The translations under genes and the position numbers were made by a program. A stretch of 18,739 bases of DNA, from contig JAYEOX010000134.1 of the NCBI GenBank assembly GCA_034723415.1, positions 3,512 to 22,250 of the forward strand, given 5' to 3'. Origin of the DNA: Fidelibacterota bacterium (GTDB lineage: Bacteria; Fidelibacterota; Fidelibacteria; Fidelibacterales; Fidelibacteraceae). Below, piece by piece: positions 15,971 through 18,739 of this stretch. The notes beneath the pieces are model-generated. The model worked only from the letters and a program-made list of their open reading frames with translations, was not told the DNA's origin and did no database searches. The first letter of the stretch is position 1. Each line of letters starts with the position of its first letter.

Positions 15971-17404
15971 TTAAATATTTTCAAATGATTCCTCTTTAGA
16001 AATTATAATGGATGTCTTCTTGTGCTTCTCAATTACACTCATTAATTTCCATTTTCCTTGTCTAAATCGTAAATAAAATCCTATACCAAGTATTGAGACA
16101 TAGAATGTTAATATTATCCATGCAAAAATAACATTAGAATTAAATAATTCAACTAATAAATAAGTTGGTATTATCAAAAATGTTATAGAAAGGAGCGATA
16201 TATACATCATGATAAATTTTGTATCGCCGGCACCCTTTAATGTAGCTGAGAATATTACATTCAACACATCAAATATTGAATATAATGCTATAAATTTTAT
16301 TAAAATGAATAGGATAGAGGAAATTTGACCAAATTCACTATTAGATGAATTATGTGAGAAAATATTTATATAAAAATGTGGAAATATTAAAAAAGATAAT
16401 ATCATTGGAATAATATAAATATAAGTAATTATCAATCCTGAATATGTAACTCTTTCTGCAGTTTTGGTGTCTTCTGCTCCTATATAATTTCCAGTTAAAA
16501 CAGTTACAGAGATGCCTAATCCAATCATAGGGAGAAAAATAATATTATTCAAGTTGAATGCAATATTTGTAGCGGCTAACGAAATTGTACCCAATCGACC
16601 AACAATTAGAATAAAAAATGTAAATCCCGCTATATCAATGAAAAAATGTATTCCATTAGGTAAACCATATTTTATGAACCTTTTAAATAGATCAGTATCT
16701 AGTTTCAATCTAAAATGTATATTAAACTTATCTCTAAATTCATGTTTGTTAATTAAAATTAGATATATAAGGAATGAAGAACTATGAGCAATCACTGTTG
16801 CAATTGCAGCTCCTTTCATACCTAATTCAGGAAATCCATAATTTCCGAAAATCAATAAATAATCTAAAATAATATTAGTGATCATTGCAAAAAGATTTAT
16901 CCACATAATTGGCATTGTTCGATTTGTACCTGAAAAAAAACCGGATAATGAAACTGCAGCAATTGCTGGGAAAGCTCCCAAATTAACTATTTTAAAATAT
17001 TGTACTTCATAGACATATACAGCATGCTGATGTCCAATTATTGAAAATATTTCTTCTGCAAATGGTATAAAACATAAAATAAATATTCCTCCAATCAAAG
17101 AGACAAATAATCCATTCCAAATTACAGCACCTATTTTTTTATAATTTCGTGAACCGTAATACTGCGACACAAATGTATTTGTATAACCAGCTGTCCCTAG
17201 GAAGATACACATTAATGTAAAATTAAGCATACCTGCAGGCATTGCCGCTGCAATAGCTTCAGCTGAATGCCAGGAGAGAAACAATCTGTCAACAAAATGT
17301 TGTATAGAGTGTATCCCCGTAGAGATAATTAACGGAAATGCTATTTTCAATAATTCCCTATAACCACCTTTTCTTTCCCAAAGATATAAAATTCTATTAT
17401 TCAT
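15971..17404 (-). CDS. MATE family efflux transporter
   Basis: ELLKIAFPLII, FVDRLFL, VSQYYG, NIILDYLLIFGNYGFPELGMKGAAIAT, LKGAGDTK, RFRQGKW; about 12 hydrophobic segments. Confidence 0.93.
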   Translation of the reverse strand: MNNRILYLWERKGGYRELLKIAFPLIISTGIHSIQHFVDRLFLSWHSAEAIAAAMPAGMLNFTLMCIFLGTAGYTNTFVSQYYGSRNYKKIGAVIWNGLFVSLIGGIFILCFIPFAEEIFSIIGHQHAVYVYEVQYFKIVNLGAFPAIAAVSLSGFFSGTNRTMPIMWINLFAMITNIILDYLLIFGNYGFPELGMKGAAIATVIAHSSSFLIYLILINKHEFRDKFNIHFRLKLDTDLFKRFIKYGLPNGIHFFIDIAGFTFFILIVGRLGTISLAATNIAFNLNNIIFLPMIGLGISVTVLTGNYIGAEDTKTAERVTYSGLIITYIYIIPMILSFLIFPHFYINIFSHNSSNSEFGQISSILFILIKFIALYSIFDVLNVIFSATLKGAGDTKFIMMYISLLSITFLIIPTYLLVELFNSNVIFAWIILTFYVSILGIGFYLRFRQGKWKLMSVIEKHKKTSIIISKEESFENI

Positions 17405-17546
17405 ATTCTGTTTGTTAGATTACCTATTAATAACTTGTTAAGTGTGAAATTATTTATAAATTGAATAATATTATAAATTAAAATATTATCGATTAAATTA
17501 TTTTGACAATAGGGTAGAAGTGTATAAAAATCTTAAATAGAAATTA

Positions 17547-18335
17547 TCATTTTTTATCTATCCAAATTCCTTTCTGTCTTGTTTTTCTTTCTAATGATAA
17601 TTTATTTGATCTTGCTTCTTTTAAACTAGAATAATTTCCAACTCGCACTCTATACCAAGGTTTTGGATCGTTTTTTAAATAAAATTTTTCAATATACGCA
17701 TCATAACCAATTCTCCCTAATCTCTTTACAGCATCTTCTGAGTATTTTTTATAATGAGAACTTGAAAATTGGATTGTGTATAATCTAATATTATTTTTAT
17801 ATTTTCTTTGAGATTGGATAGTTTGTTTTTTGGGTCTAGGTGATTTTTTTTCTTTTTTGGTTAATTTAGGGGCATTTTCCCATTCGTCTTTTGCTATTGG
17901 TTGTTTGTCTTTTGATATTTCTGCCGTATCGGAAAGTGTTTCTTTTTCAGTTTGAGTAAATTTATCTACTGTGTCGGCAGGTGTTTCTTCAAGATAATTT
18001 CCGCCAAATTCAGAAGATTCGTTAATTTTATATTTAAATTTCTGGTCATATTCCTGATTACGATCATCTACCATTACAACTATAATTTCATAATTACCCG
18101 GTATATCAGGAATAAATGTAACTGTTTCGGCATAATCTGATGGAATAAAATCTCTTGGATCTAATCTCGATTCAATTGGTTTGTTTTTAAATGCCCACTT
18201 GTATTCCAATACATTAGCTGGTTTTTTGTCAATATATATATCAACCGGCTCACCAACAAACCCCGTGTTTGTTTTAGTACAACCAAAAATGATTATCATT
18301 GATATAATCAGAATAAATAAAAATAATTTTCTCAT
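17547..18335 (-). CDS. Putative lipoprotein with a PKD/Ig-like N-terminal domain and C-terminal SPOR domain
   Basis: AAGGAG RBS before ATG 18335 (track start 18365 is less likely); MRKLFLFILIISMIIIFGC lipobox-like signal; C-terminal YTIQFSS...GYDAYI...WYRVRVGNYSSLKEA SPOR pattern. Confidence 0.8.
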   Translation of the reverse strand: MRKLFLFILIISMIIIFGCTKTNTGFVGEPVDIYIDKKPANVLEYKWAFKNKPIESRLDPRDFIPSDYAETVTFIPDIPGNYEIIVVMVDDRNQEYDQKFKYKINESSEFGGNYLEETPADTVDKFTQTEKETLSDTAEISKDKQPIAKDEWENAPKLTKKEKKSPRPKKQTIQSQRKYKNNIRLYTIQFSSSHYKKYSEDAVKRLGRIGYDAYIEKFYLKNDPKPWYRVRVGNYSSLKEARSNKLSLERKTRQKGIWIDKK

Positions 18336-18361
18336 TTTGTTCTCCTTTTTAATAAATTCCC

Positions 18362-18739
18362 TCATATATTTATAATTTCAGCATTTAAAAAGAAAAATGC
18401 AACTTCTTTTTTAGAATTCTTTAGCGAATCAGACCCATGAATGGCATTTTCCCTATTATTTAAACCAAATTCATGTCTAATTGATTTATTTTTTGCTTTT
18501 TCTGGATCAGTATTGCCAATTAGATTCCTAAAATTTTTAACGGCATTTTCTTTACTTAATACTAAAACGACACAAGGTCCACTGGTCATAAATTTAATTA
18601 AATCATTATAAAAGAATTTTCCTTTGTGAATTTGATAAAACTTTTCTGCTTCTTCTTTTTTTAATTGTATTTTTTTAATAGCCAAAATATCAAAGTTGTT
18701 TTGTAGGATATCATCAATTATCTTACCTGTAAATCTTTC
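18362..18739 (-). CDS. ndk: Nucleoside-diphosphate kinase (5' end outside the window)
   Basis: FYQIHKGKFFYNDLIKFMTSGP, RNLIGNTDP, NAIHGSDS catalytic His. The frame stays open to the window end (ERFTGKIIDDILQNNFDIL...). Confidence 0.95.
   Translation of the reverse strand, partial: ERFTGKIIDDILQNNFDILAIKKIQLKKEEAEKFYQIHKGKFFYNDLIKFMTSGPCVVLVLSKENAVKNFRNLIGNTDPEKAKNKSIRHEFGLNNRENAIHGSDSLKNSKKEVAFFFLNAEIINI

Noticed and set aside
17503..17528. + strand TTGACA...TATAAA promoter-like match
   Set aside because: The spacer is only 14 bp, it points antisense into the SPOR gene, and the context is extremely AT-rich.
18362..18685. Truncated 107-aa Ndk as a pseudogene
   Set aside because: The frame is open to the window edge, so the true start is simply outside the window.

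Overview
AT-rich bacterial chromosomal window, probably from an uncultured FCB-group organism (inferred from gene order and protein style, not verified). The left ~3.5 kb looks accessory. It holds a truncated sulfotransferase-like gene, a divergent secreted protein with seven near-identical WD40 repeats and a caspase-like (C14) domain, and a 741-bp non-coding stretch packed with several unrelated short repeat and palindrome families, some in inverted pairs. The rest is housekeeping. The + strand carries PMM/PGM, fni, a GGPP-synthase-like prenyltransferase, ptsH, ptsI and a PfkB kinase. These converge on the - strand run ndk, SPOR lipoprotein, MATE, yceD, rpmF, fabH, fabD, fabG, acpP, fabF, rnc, which lacks plsX at its usual position. 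The most unusual elements are the repeat mosaic at 2846-3421 and the hypervariable WD40-caspase protein upstream of it.
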